64,000 nt of DNA from an uncultured Acidobacteriota bacterium (GTDB taxonomy: Bacteria; Acidobacteriota; Thermoanaerobaculia; UBA5066; Gp7-AA6). This document shows positions 19,652 through 31,046 of the stretch, piece after piece. The number at the start of each line of letters is the position of its first letter. Position 1 is the first letter of the stretch. The notes under the pieces were generated by a model, which searched no databases, was not told the origin of the DNA, and was given only the letters and a program-made list of their open reading frames with translations. The stretch spans positions 320,001 to 384,000 of the forward strand of contig CAVXTP010000006.1 in the NCBI GenBank assembly GCA_963764715.1. Reading direction: 5' to 3'. Made by a program: the position numbers and the translations under genes.

Positions 19652-20155
19652 GTGAGCCGATCGACCGATCCCGTCGGGCTGCGTTCCGGCGAGCTCGCAC
19701 GCCGCGCGGGCGTCAGCGCCGACACGCTGCGGGTCTACGAGCGCCGCGGCCTCCTCGCGCCTCCGCGCCGCTCCGGGAACGGGTACCGCATCTACCCGCC
19801 GGAGTCCCTCGAGCGCGTCCTCCTCGTTCAGCGCGCCCTCGCGTTCGGGTTCTCCCTCCTGGAGCTCTCGCGGTTTCTCGCCGCGCGGGCGTCGGGAGGC
19901 GCTCCCTGCCACGACGTGCGCGCGGCCGCGGCCCGGCGGCTCCAGGAGGTCGAGTCCGCGATCGCGGACCTGCGCGACCTGAAGGCTTCGCTCGCCGAGC
20001 TCGTCGCGTCCTGGGACGCGGCGATCTCGACCCGCCCGAGAGCCGGGCGCCACGGCTTCCTCGAGTCCCTTCCCTCCCGGAATCGGCGCGGCGCTGCGGC
20101 CCTGGCCGCCCGCCGCTTCACGCGGCCCAAAGCTCGAACGAAGGAGACACCATGA
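19652..20155 (+). CDS. MerR-family transcriptional regulator
   Basis: LRSGELARRAGVSADTLRVYERRGLL..R..NGYRIY HTH; PCHDVR. Confidence 0.9.
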   Translation: MSRSTDPVGLRSGELARRAGVSADTLRVYERRGLLAPPRRSGNGYRIYPPESLERVLLVQRALAFGFSLLELSRFLAARASGGAPCHDVRAAAARRLQEVESAIADLRDLKASLAELVASWDAAISTRPRAGRHGFLESLPSRNRRGAAALAARRFTRPKARTKETP

Positions 20156-20649
20156 AGCGTCCCGCCTCGATCCTCGGTCTCAGCCTCGCGATCGCCGTTC
20201 CGGCCGCGCTCCGCGCGCAGGAAGCGCATTCCTGCCATGGCGCCGAGGTCGACGCCCGCGGCGACCAGGTCATGGGCTTCGATCACGCGAAGACCACGCA
20301 TCACTTCCTTCTCACGTCCTCCGGCGGAATCATCGACGTCTCGGCCAACGACCCCGACGACGCCGCCAGCCGCGACGCGATCCGGACCCACCTCGAGCAC
20401 ATCGCGGGCATGTTCACCCGGGGCAATTTCGAGGCGCCGATGCTGATCCACGGACGCGTGCCCCCCGGCGTGCCCGAGATGAAGTCCAACCTCGGAAAGC
20501 TCCGGTTCGCGTACGAGCAGACGCCGGCCGGCGGGCGCGTGGTCGTGTCGTCGAAGGATCCGGCCGTCGTTTCCGCCGTCCACGCTTTCCTCAAGTTCCA
20601 GATCGAGGACCACCGGACCGGCGACCCGACCGACGTTCCCGGGAACTGA
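20152..20649 (+). CDS. Secreted His-rich conserved protein (putative metal binding)
   Basis: Signal peptide; MGFDHAKTTHHF, HLEHIA, FQIEDH; ATGA coupling to the merR gene. Confidence 0.7.
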   Translation: MKRPASILGLSLAIAVPAALRAQEAHSCHGAEVDARGDQVMGFDHAKTTHHFLLTSSGGIIDVSANDPDDAASRDAIRTHLEHIAGMFTRGNFEAPMLIHGRVPPGVPEMKSNLGKLRFAYEQTPAGGRVVVSSKDPAVVSAVHAFLKFQIEDHRTGDPTDVPGN

Positions 20650-20753
20650 CGCCCCTCCCGCCCCCGTCGCGCGGCCCCCCGGGCTCCGCCCTGATGCAAT
20701 CGGATCAGGCGGAGCCCGCCGTTCGGCGGCACAATGCTCCCCGTCGAATCGCC

Positions 20754-21011
20754 ATGAAGCGGAGCTCAGCGAGCCGTGCGCCCGACCGGGGTCCCGCGCG
20801 CCTGACCCGGCGCGAGCACGAAGTGCTCCTCAAGCTCGCGGAGGGGCTCTCGACGCAGGCGATCGCGGACGCGCTCTACATCTCCCACGTGACCGTGCGG
20901 AACCACGTCGCGCGGATCCTCGTGAAGCTCCAGGTTCACAGCCGGCTCGCGGCCGTGGCGTACGCCCTGCGCAACGGCCTGCTCATCCGCCGCTCGCGGC
21001 CCCGCCGCTGA
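20754..21011 (+). CDS. Stand-alone LuxR-type HTH regulator
   Basis: LTRREHEVLLKLAEGLSTQAIADALYISHVTVRNHV..I..KL. Confidence 0.85.
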   Translation: MKRSSASRAPDRGPARLTRREHEVLLKLAEGLSTQAIADALYISHVTVRNHVARILVKLQVHSRLAAVAYALRNGLLIRRSRPRR

Positions 21012-21325
21012 CGGGCGCGTTTGTGGACCGTGGCCGCCAAGCCCCAGTGACTGTCCCGACGCACAGTGTTCCCTGTCTGCATAGGACACCGGAGCACCGT
21101 TCCATCGGACAGTTTCGGTCGCAATCGCCGCGCTGAATCAGCTGTATCATTTTTTGAAAGACGGCAATTTCGCCTGCTCAATTCCACGCGCGGCTTCCTA
21201 CAATTGGTATCAAGAGGGACGCTTTACCGGGCCGGCACAGGTGCCGTCGCGGCAAATCGGCTCCCCGGCGAGGACAGCATGCGGGGACCAACATGGGTGA
21301 AGGCGCCGGAGCGCGTTCGACGGGG

Positions 21326-22733
21326 ATGAGCTGGCTTCTTCCCGGACCGTCGTCCCTCCTCGCCGCGGCCTCGACGGCCCACGTCGCGCTCGCGCTCATC
21401 CGGAAACACCAGGCCTCGACCGCCGCCCGGGGCTGGCTCCTCGCCGCCATCTCGGCCGGCTTCGCCGCGACGCCATGGATCTGGGCCTCGCCCCGTGACC
21501 TCGCGATCGGTGCGGCCGCGCACCTGGTCTGGTTCGCGGCCTCCGGAAAGCTCGTGGGCGAACGCCGCGCGTCCGGGCCGCGGCGCGTCGTTCCGACTCC
21601 GGCTCCGGCTCCGGCGCGAGCGATGGCTCCGGCCGCCGCGCCTCCGGCCGCGCCGCGCAAGCCGGCGGGGCCGGTGCAGATCGCCCGTGCTCGCCGTGTT
21701 CGACGAGACGCCGGAGATCCGAACCATTCGCATGGCGCGGCCCGAAGGCTTCGAGTTCCAGGCCGGCCAGTTCCTCACCGTCCAGGTCCAGCTCGACGGG
21801 CGCCCCGCGACGCGCTGCTATTCGATCAGCTCGAGCCCCGACGCGCGCGGCTACCTGGAGATCTCCGTCAAGCGCCAGGGGCGGGTCTCCGGAACGCTGC
21901 ACTCGACGGTGCGCCCGGGCTCGCTGCTCTCGATCCGTCCGCCCGCGGGAGCGTTCGTCTACCCGGCCGGCGACGACCGGCCGATCATCCTCGTGTCCGG
22001 TGGCGTCGGCTGCACGCCGATGATGTCGATGCTGCGCCACGCCGTCTCCCGCGAGCCCGCGCGTCCCGTGTACTACGTCCACTCGGCGAAGACCGAGTCG
22101 GACATCGCGTTTCGCCAGGAGCTCGCCCTCCTCGCCCGCCGGCATCCGCAGGTTCGCGTCGTCCTTGCGCTGACGCGCGCCTCCGACGCCGGCGCCCATT
22201 ACCCGGGCCGCATCGACGAGAACCTGCTGCAGGAAGTCGTCCCCTCGCCGACCGAGTCGCTCTTCTACGTCTGCGGACCGACGCCGATGATCTCGGGCGT
22301 CAAGGAGACTCTGGCGCGGATGGGCGTGCCCTCCGCCCAGGTGCGCAGCGAAGCCTTCGAGGCCGCGGTCGCGGCCTCGCGTGCTTCGGCCATGACGGCG
22401 CCTGCCCCCGCTCCCGCGGCCGTCTCCGCGGGCGGGCCTGAGCTCGTCGCCGTGCGGCGCGCCGCTCCGGCGGCGGCGGTGTGCCTGCGCCTGGCGAAGA
22501 GCGGCAAGACCGCGTCGGTGTCCCGCGACCAGAGCCTGCTCGAGGCCGCGGAAAGCGCCTCGGTCGAGATCCCCAACCTCTGCCGCGCCGGGACCTGCGG
22601 GACCTGCCGGACGCGCCTCGTCTCGGGCGACGTCGAATGCGCGGCCGACGTCATGGACGACGAGGACCGGCGGGGCGGCTACGTCTTCCCGTGCGTCGCA
22701 TGGGCCAGGAGCGATTGTGTCCTCGAAGCCTGA
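21326..22733 (+). CDS. Membrane-anchored FAD/NAD(P)-binding reductase with C-terminal 2Fe-2S ferredoxin (frameshift ~21683)
   Basis: Hydrophobic N-terminus; RCYSISS, GRVS, SGGVGCTP, YVCGP; CRAGTCGTC...PC. Confidence 0.85.
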
Positions 22734-23664
22734 GACGCGTCCCCCCGCCCGGCCCCCCGCCGGAGGCCCCCCGGCTCCGGCGCGCGTGCGCCCGCAGGAA
22801 TGGTTTCCGATGCGGGCGCTCAGCCACGTGCTGGGCCTCGCCTTCCTCGTCATCGCCGCGATCTACGCGGCCGTGTTCCTCTTCTTCGGCGGCCGCTCCT
22901 ACTACGGCACGGCGCTCCGGGTCCGCGGCTACGCGCCGGAGCACGGCCTGCTGCGCCCGTCCGGCGAGGCCGGGATCGCCTTCGGGATCGTCGGGCTCGG
23001 CCTGATTTGCGTCACGCTCATCTACGCGATCCGCAAGAAGCTCCGGCCGAAGGGCGGCAACCTCAAGATCTGGCTCGAGGTCCACATCTTCTGCGGGATC
23101 GTGGGTCCGGCCCTGATCACGCTCCACACCTCCTTCAAGTTCAACGGCCTGATCTCGGTGGCGTACTGGTCGATGGTCGTCGTCGTGCTCTCGGGGTTCG
23201 TCGGCCGCTACCTGTACGTGCGCATCCCCAAGACGCTGCGCGGCGTGGAGCTCTCCGCGGCCGACCTCGAGGCGCGCGCCGCCGAGATCCGGGAGACGCT
23301 CTTCTCGGCGGGCCTCCCGGCGGCGGAGCTCTCGCGCCTCGAGGGCCGCGGCCGGGCCGGAAAGCCTCCCGCGCTCCTCCCGGGACTGCTCTTCGGCGAC
23401 CTGTCGGGATGGCTCCGGTCCCGGCGGCTCGCGCACCGCCTCCGCGCGGCGGGAGCCGCGCCGGAGCTCGTCGCCGAGACCGTCGGACTGGTCGCCGAGC
23501 GCGAGGCCCTCCAGCGCCGGATCGGCCTGCTCGGCCGCACCAAGAAGCTCTTCGACCTCTGGCACGTCCTCCACAAGCCCCTCGTCTACGTCATGCTCGC
23601 GATCGCGGCCCTCCACGTGTTCGTCGCCGTCTACTTCGGGTACGCGCCCGGGAGGGGACGATGA
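22717..23664 (+). CDS. Integral membrane protein, probable heme-b electron-transfer subunit (alternative start 22810)
   Basis: TM helices with conserved His: WLEVHIFCG, TLHTSFKF, WHVLHKP, ALHVF. Confidence 0.7.
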   Translation: MSSKPETRPPARPPAGGPPAPARVRPQEWFPMRALSHVLGLAFLVIAAIYAAVFLFFGGRSYYGTALRVRGYAPEHGLLRPSGEAGIAFGIVGLGLICVTLIYAIRKKLRPKGGNLKIWLEVHIFCGIVGPALITLHTSFKFNGLISVAYWSMVVVVLSGFVGRYLYVRIPKTLRGVELSAADLEARAAEIRETLFSAGLPAAELSRLEGRGRAGKPPALLPGLLFGDLSGWLRSRRLAHRLRAAGAAPELVAETVGLVAEREALQRRIGLLGRTKKLFDLWHVLHKPLVYVMLAIAALHVFVAVYFGYAPGRGR

Positions 23665-26600
23665 ACGCCGCGGTCCGCCGCGCGGCGCGGCTTCTCGCGG
23701 CCGCTCCCCTGCTTCTCGTCCTCGGGCCGCTCTTCTCGTCTCCACGAGCGACGGGCGGCCAGGACCTCGGGAACCTCCTGTCGCCCGGCCGCCTGTCGAA
23801 GGCCCACGCGAAGCTCGAGGGCCTCGACAACTGCCAAAAATGCCACGAGCCCGGCCGCAAGGTCACCGCGGAGAAGTGCCTCGCCTGTCATGCGCCGATC
23901 GCCGAGCGCATCGCGGCGAAGAAGGGCGTGCACCGGGACGTCAAGGGAGACTGCGTCTCCTGCCACGTCGAGCATGCCGGCGTCGACGCGGAGCTGCGGC
24001 CGTTCGACACGAAGAAGTTCGACCACGCCGCCGAGACGGGCTTCGCGCTCGACGGGAAGCACGCTCCCCTCGCGGCCAACTGCCAGAGCTGTCACAAGAC
24101 CCGCTCGTTCCTGACGCTGAAGCCGGCCTGCGCGTCCTGCCATGCCGACAAGCACAAGGGGCGGATGGGGCCCGACTGCGCGAGCTGCCACACGACCGCC
24201 GTCGCGTTCAAGGAAGCCGCGAAGACCTTCGACCATTCGAAGGCGGCCTTTCCGCTGACCGGCGCCCACGCGACGGTCGCCTGCGCGAACTGCCACAAGA
24301 CGCCGGACTTCCGGGTCGCGAAATTCGGAGCCTGCAACGACTGCCACCGCGACCCCCACGTCAAGCCGCTCGGCGACCTGCGCGTCGTGCCACACGACGG
24401 AGAGCTTCAAGGCGACGCGGCGGATCGACCACGACAAGACGGGTTTCCCGCTGGTCGGCAAGCACGCCCAGGTTCCCTGCGCGACGTGCCACGTCCAGCC
24501 GCCGACGAAGGTGCACCTGAAGGCCGGCAAGTGCGCCGACTGCCACCAGGACCCCCACAAGGGCGTCTTCAAGGGCGCGGACTGCGCGTCCTGCCACAAG
24601 GAGACCGGCTTCAAGCCGGCGGCGCCGTTCGATCACGCGCAGAAGACGGGCTACGCGCTCGACGGAAGCCACGCGACCGTTCCGTGCGCGTCCTGCCACA
24701 AGGGCGCGGCGGTTCCGGCGGGCGTGAGCGCCGCGAAGGCCACGGTGGACTTCCGCGGGGCGAAGAAGGACTGCGCGAGCTGCCACCGCGATCCGCACAA
24801 GGGCGAGCTCGGCGGGCGCTGCGAGAGCTGCCACACCGTCAAGTCGTTCCGGGTGGAGTCCTTCCAGCACCCGAAGTTCCCGGAGTTCTTCCAGGCCAGG
24901 CACGCGACCGCGCCGTGCGAGTCCTGTCACCGTCCGCCCGGCTCCCCCGAGACCGGACCGCCGGTCCGGCTCTTCAAGGGCCTCTCGACCGAATGCGCCA
25001 CGTGCCACAAGGACCCGCACCTCGGCCAGCTCGGAACGACGCTGCCAGAGCTGCCACACGATCCGGGCCTGGCCGATCACGGGCTACAAGCACCAGAGGG
25101 CGGACCTCGCGACGTTTTTCGCGTCGAAGCACGGGACGCTCGCCTGCGAGCAGTGCCACAAGGCTCGGACGACGACGTTCCCGGCCGGCTCCGGCACGGC
25201 CGTCGTCTTCAAGGGCGTCTCCTCGGAGTGCGCGAGCTGTCACGAGGACGCCCACGACGGGATGCTCGGCAAGCAGTGCCAGACCTGCCACACGCTCAAG
25301 ACCTGGAAGACGGCGTCGCGCGCTTTCCACAAGAACACGGTCTTCCCGCTGGAAGGCCAGCACCTCACGACGCCGTGCGCGGCCTGTCACATCGACCGCG
25401 TCTTCAAGGGGACGCCCAACCGCTGCTACGACTGCCACTGGATCCGCCGCAAGGACGACAAGTACGAGACGCGGCTCGGAAACGAATGCGGGGACTGCCA
25501 CCGGCCGATCGGCTGGAACGCCGTGAACTGGAACCACCAGCAGCGCGACCGGGTTCGCGCTCGGGGCCGCCCACGCGGGCCTGCCCTGCGAGTCCTGCCA
25601 CAAGAACAGGATCTTCACGGGCTTGAGCCCCGATTGCGCGTCCTGTCACAAGAAGGACTACGACGCCACGCGCAATCCCAACCACGCCGCCGCCGGGTTT
25701 CCGACCACCTGCGAGAGCTGTCACCGCCCGACCGACCCGAACTGGGGCGGAGCGCACTACACGCACCAGAGCTTCCCCCTCGTCGGAGTCCACAACACGC
25801 AGCCCTGCGCCGCATGCCATACGAACAACGTCTATGCCGGGACGCCCCGCGACTGCTTCGGCTGCCACAAGCCCCGGTACGACGCGACGACCAACCCGAA
25901 GCACTCCGCGGCGGGGTTCGGAACGGCCTGCGAGACCTGCCACAAGGCGACCGACGCCGACTGGAACCAGGCGACGTTCAACCACGCGCCCGTCTTCCCG
26001 CTCGTCGGCGTCCACAACACGCAGCCCTGCGCCGCCTGCCACAAGAACAACGTCTTTACCGGGACGCCCCGCGACTGCGTCGGCTGCCACAAGCCCCAGT
26101 ACGACGCCACGACGAACCCGAAGCACTCGACGGCCGGCTTCGCGACGACCTGCGAGACCTGCCACAAGGCGACCGACGCCGACTGGAACCAGGCGACCTT
26201 CAACCACTCCCAGGTTTTCGCGCTCGTCGGCGTCCACGCCACGCAGCCCTGCGCCGCCTGCCACAAGAACAACGTCTATGCCGGGACGCCGAAGGACTGC
26301 TTCGGCTGCCACAAGCCGAAGTACGACGCCACGACCAACCCGAAGCACTCGGCCGCCGGCTTCCCGACGACCTGCGAGACCTGCCACAAGGCGACCGACG
26401 CCGACTGGAACCAGGGGGTCTTCAACCACACCCAGGTCTTCGCGCTCGTCGGAGTCCACAACACGCAGCCCTGCGCCGCCTGCCACAAGAACAACGTCTA
26501 TGCCGGAACGCCGCGCGACTGCTTCGGCTGCCACAAGCCCCAGTACGACGCCACGACCACCCCGAAGCACTCGGCCGCCGGCTTCCCGACGACCTGCGAG

Positions 26601-27744
26601 ACCTGCCACAAGGCGACCGACGCCGACTGGAACCAGGGCGTCTTCAACCACGCGCAGGTCTTCGCGCTCGTCGGAGTCCACAACACGCAGCCCTGCGCCG
26701 CCTGCCACAAGAACAACGTCTACGCCGGCACGCCCCGAGACTGCTTCGGCTGCCACAAGCCGAAGTACGACGCCACGACGAACCCGAAACACTCGGCGGC
26801 CGGGTTCGGAACGACGTGCGAGACCTGCCACAAGGCGACCGACGCGACCTGGGACCAGGGCGTCTTCAACCACGCGCAGGTCTTCGCACTCGTCGGCGTC
26901 CACAACGCGCAGCCCTGCGCCGCCTGCCACAAGAACGGCGTCTACGCCGGCACGCCCCGCGACTGCTTCGGCTGCCACAAGCCCCAGTACGACGCCACGA
27001 CCAACCCCGAAGCACTCGGCCGCCGGCTTCCCGACGACCTGCGAGACCTGCCACAAGGCGACCGACGCGAGCTGGAACCAGGGCGTCTTCAATCACACGC
27101 AGGTCTTCCCGCTCGTCGGGGTCCACAACGCGCAGCCCTGCGCCGCCTGCCACAAGAACGGCGTCTACCGCGGCACGCCCCGCGACTGCTACGGCTGCCA
27201 CAAGCCCCAGTACGACGCGACCACCGATCCCAAGCACTCGGCCGCCGGCTTCGCCACGACCTGCGAAAACTGCCACCTGGCGACGGACGCCTCCTGGGAC
27301 CAGGGCCGCTTCAATCACACGCAGCGTCTTCCCGCTCGTCGGCGTTCACGTCACCCAGCCCTGCGGCGCCTGCCACAAGAACAACGTCTACCGCGGCACG
27401 CCCCGCGACTGCTACGGCTGCCACAAGCCCGACTACGACGCGACCACCAATCCCCAAGCCACTCCGCGGCCGGGTTCCCGACGACCTGCGAGACCTGTCA
27501 CAAGGCGACCGACGCGAGCTGGGACCAGGGCACGTTCAACCACACGTGGTTCCCGATCACGAGCGGGCCCCACGCCAACCGAGCCTGCGTCGACTGCCAC
27601 ACGAATCCGTCGAACTACGCGGTCTTCACCTGCACGAACTGCCACGGCCGCTCCGAAACCGACGGCCACCACCGAGGCGTCCCCGGCTACCGCTACGACT
27701 CGGTCGCGTGCTACTCCTGTCACCCCAACGGACGGAGCGATTGA
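23661..27744 (+). CDS. Giant multiheme cytochrome c (54 CxxCH counted across frames; several frameshifts)
   Basis: Signal peptide, then continuous c7-like modules F(P/A)LxGxH..CxxCH..CxxCH..H..CxxCH..FxH. Confidence 0.85.
25773..27549 (+). repeat. Eight tandem 222-bp (74-aa, three-heme) intragenic repeats
   Basis: Unit FxLVGVHNTQPCAACHKNNVYAGTPRDCFGCHKPxYDATTNPKHSAAGFxTTCETCHKATDAxWxQxxFNH; period 222 bp. Confidence 0.95.
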
Positions 27745-29090
27745 GCTCCGGGGCGGCGCTGCGGTCGCCGGCGGCGAAACGCCGGGGCGCGGCGGCGTGG
27801 CCGCTTCTCTGGCTGGCGTCGCGCCCGCCGCCGTCGCGCAGACCACCGGCTGGGGCCGCGTCGCGCTCTACACGAACGCCCTGCGCGTGCCGACCGCCGA
27901 CGGCGGCTCGCGGATCATCTCGCCAGTGGTCCGCCGCGCTGACCCTGCACTCGCGGCCCAACCCCGAGGGCGGCTTCGAGTACGCGCTGGAGGCCCGCGC
28001 GTCGAGCGACTTCGAGGGCGAGCGCGACACGCTCTCGTACCTCTACAACGCCTACGTCGGGGCGCCGGACGAACGACGGCGTGTTCGGCGCGCGCATCGG
28101 CCAGATGTGGATCGACGAGCTCGGGTCGCTCGGCGCGGTCGGCGGCGCCGCCCTGGAGCTGCGCCCGCGCGGCGAGTCGAGTCTGGGACGCTTCCGGATC
28201 GGACTCTTCGGCGGCGTCGAGCCCAAGATCAGCGAGATCGGATGGTTCCAGGACGTCCAGAAGGGCGGCGTCTTCGTCGCGCTCGACGGGACGAACGCCC
28301 GGCAGAGCGTCCTCGGCTACGTCCAGGTGCCGCAATCAGGACATCCTGGAGCGCTCCGTCATCACCCTGACGAACTATCTGCCGCTCGCGAAGAACCTCT
28401 TCTTCTACCAGGCGGGCGAGTACGACCTCGCCAAACCCGGCGGCGTCGGGCCGCTCCGGGCTCAACTACTTCATGATCAACGGCCGCTGGCTGCCGGTCC
28501 CCAAGCTCGAGCTCCAGGCGATCTACCACTACGGCCGCTCGATCGACGCGCGGACACTCTGACGCAGGACCAGATCGACGGCCGCCCCATCGACCCCCGC
28601 ACCCTCGAGGGATTCCTCTTCGAGTCGATCGGCGGCCGCGTGACCTATTCGATCCTGCCGACCCTGCGCATCTTCGGCGGCTACGCCGAAGAGAAGCGCA
28701 ACGAGAACGACAAGCCGATCCAGCGGATCACGGCCGGCCTCTTCGCCTCGGACGTCTTCCGGAGCGGCTTCGACCTCGCCGTCACGGACAACCAGTATCG
28801 GCGGCCGGACGGCGGCAACGACGACGCGATCTACGTCTCCCTCGGCCACTCGGTCGGGTCGCGCGTCTACCTGACGGCCGAGTACTCGACCTCGGTCTCG
28901 TTTCTCCGCTTCACCGACTCCGGGGGCGTCGTCGTCGAGACCCGGCCGCGGACCGAGCGCTACGCGCTCTCGGGGATCTTCAATCTGTCGCGGGCGTTCT
29001 CGGTGCTGCTGACGCTCGAGCACCTCCAGGGCGACACGCGCGGCGGACGACGAGGACCGCGGGCTTCTCGGCCTGACCGTCCGGTTCTGA
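27741..29090 (+). CDS. Outer-membrane beta-barrel protein (frameshifted)
   Basis: TTGA overlap with the cytochrome stop; signal peptide; amphipathic strands; C-terminal LLGLTVRF-stop beta-signal. Confidence 0.7.
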
Positions 29091-29100
29091 GCGTTCGCGC

Positions 29101-29650
29101 TCAGGCGGCCGGCTTCGCCGGTCTTGCGGATGCCCCCTTCGAGCCGCAGCTCGAAGCGCTTGTGCGTGAAGGGGTGCACGTCCGGGAACTTCGTGAAGAT
29201 CCAGCCGCCGAAGATCTGCTGGCCCTTCTCGAAGACGGCGATCCGGGCCGCCGGGTTCGTGGGCTCGACGCCCTCGGAGGTGATCGAGCCGGCGCCCATC
29301 GTGAAGGCCGGCAGGAATGCGTCGGTCTTGACCACGAGGGAGGGGTCCGGCAGCGGCGTCTCGCCGCCGAGCGGAACCTCGATCGTGCCGGACTTGCCGT
29401 CGGACTGGTCCTTCCAGGTCAGCCGGATCCCCGTGTATTCGTGAGCGACCTCGGGCGGAATCGCGAGCTGTGCCGGGACGTTGGCGCCGGTCGGGCTCGC
29501 CTCCCGAGGACCCGGCCGACGGGCTCGATGGCGCGCTCGTGCGAGACCGCCATCCGCACGGCGGGATCGGGCCGTCCGCGCTCGCGGCAGGCCGGCCCCG
29601 ACGCCGCCACGCCGGCGAGGAGGAGGCCGACGCCCACTCGTTCCCACACC
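29101..29650 (-). CDS. DUF2155-like protein, possibly lipoprotein (frameshifted; ends uncertain)
   Basis: NPAARIAVFEKGQQIFGGWIFTKFPDVHPFTHKRFELRL; LLLAGVAASGPAC in a neighbouring frame. Confidence 0.5.
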
Positions 29651-29837
29651 GATTCCCGCCGCCGGCCGTTCGAACGCGCACTCTCTCCTCCTGTTCGTCG
29701 GCCCATTCTGTCCCAGGACGGCGCCGAGCCGCTGATGCATTCGCATGGGTCGGATATTCTCCGGCGCGGCTCCGCCGATGCCCGAAATCCGCGCTCAGCA
29801 AACGATCCGCCCCCCGCGTCGCCGTGATTCCGAGGGG

Positions 29838-31046
29838 ATGAGCGACGTGGTTCCGGCGCGCCTGCTTCGGGCGCTCTCCCGATTGCTGGGGCGTCCGCCC
29901 TCGGACTGGATGGGCCCGGATCCGGCGAGCCTGGCGGCCGAGCGCGCGGCGCCTCCCGAGGACGGAGAGCCTTCACGAGGTCGTCTGCCTGCCCGGGCCC
30001 CGCTGGCGAGGAGGAGCGCCGGCTCGCGGAGCGGGGGCACCGCGTGTTCGCCGTCTCGCCCGAACCCGACGGGTCGGCGCGCCCCTACCGCCTCCGCGTG
30101 GCGGCGCCGCGCCTTCTCGAGGTTTCGCTGCCGGCGGAGCGGTTCGAGGGCCTCGACGCGCTCCGACGCGACCACGCGCTCGGCGCGACGGCCACGTCGT
30201 CGTCCGGGACCCGTCCTGGCGGCCCCTCGCCGAGCGGCTCGAGGCCGGGCTTCACTGGCCGATCGCGAGCGACTCGACAGCCGGACCGGCTCGCGGAGGC
30301 TTTTCCGCGGCTCTCGATCGTCGTCGTCACCTACAACAACCGCGACCTCAACCGCCTGTGCCTCGAGAGCGTGTTCGCCCGCACCGAGTGGCCCAACCGC
30401 GAGGTCGTCGTGGTCGACAACGGGTCCTCGGACGGCACGCGCGAGCTTCTGGAGGAGCTCGCCGGCCGGCACCCCGACCTGCGGACGATCCTCTTCGAAG
30501 AGAACCGCGGCTTTCCCGCGGCGGCCAACGCCGGCCTGTCTTCCGCCTCCGGCCGCTACGTGATCCTGCTCAACAACGACACGGTGGTCACGCGGGGCTG
30601 GGCCACGGCGCTGCTGCGGCATCTGGCGAAGGACCCGGGAACGGGCCTCGTCGGCCCGGTGACCAACGCGATCGCCAACGACGCCAGAGTCCCGGTCGGC
30701 TACTCCGACCTCGCGGACCTTCCCGTCCTGGGCGGCGCGCTGGGCCCGCGAGCACGACGGGCAGGCATTCCCGATCCCCTCGCTCGCGTTCTTCTGCGTC
30801 GCGATGCGGGCACAGCTGCGCGATTCGGTGGGCCTCCTCGACGAGCGCTTCGGCATCGGGATGTTCGAGGACGGCGATTACTGCCGGCGTGTCCGCCAGC
30901 GCGGCCTGCGCATCCTCTGCGCCCGCGACGCCTTCGTCCACCACTGGCAGATGGCCTCGTTCCGGCGGCTCGGCGAAGACGCCTACCTGCGCCTCTACGA
31001 GGAGAACCGCCGCCGATTCCAGGAGAAGTGGGGGACGGCGCCCTAA
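29838..31046 (+). CDS. GT2-family glycosyltransferase (frameshifted)
   Basis: LSIVVVTYN, VVDNGSSDGT, NRGFPAAAN, LLNNDT, LDERFGIGMFEDGDYC. Confidence 0.85.

Noticed and set aside
17240-20053. Long antisense and alternate-frame ORFs (also 30044-33754, 48975-51482, 59963-63556)
   Set aside because: Arg/Pro/Gly-rich or antisense shadow ORFs typical of high-GC DNA, overlapping well-supported genes
21120-21260. FNR box or sigma-54 promoter upstream of the cytochrome operon
   Set aside because: AT-rich and probably regulatory, but only half-matches to TTGAT-N4-ATCAA or TGGCAC-N5-TTGC
10700-30800. Mass pseudogenisation or recoding of the frameshifted genes
   Set aside because: Single-base indels, often in G/C runs, with otherwise intact motifs and no accumulation of stops fit long-read consensus error
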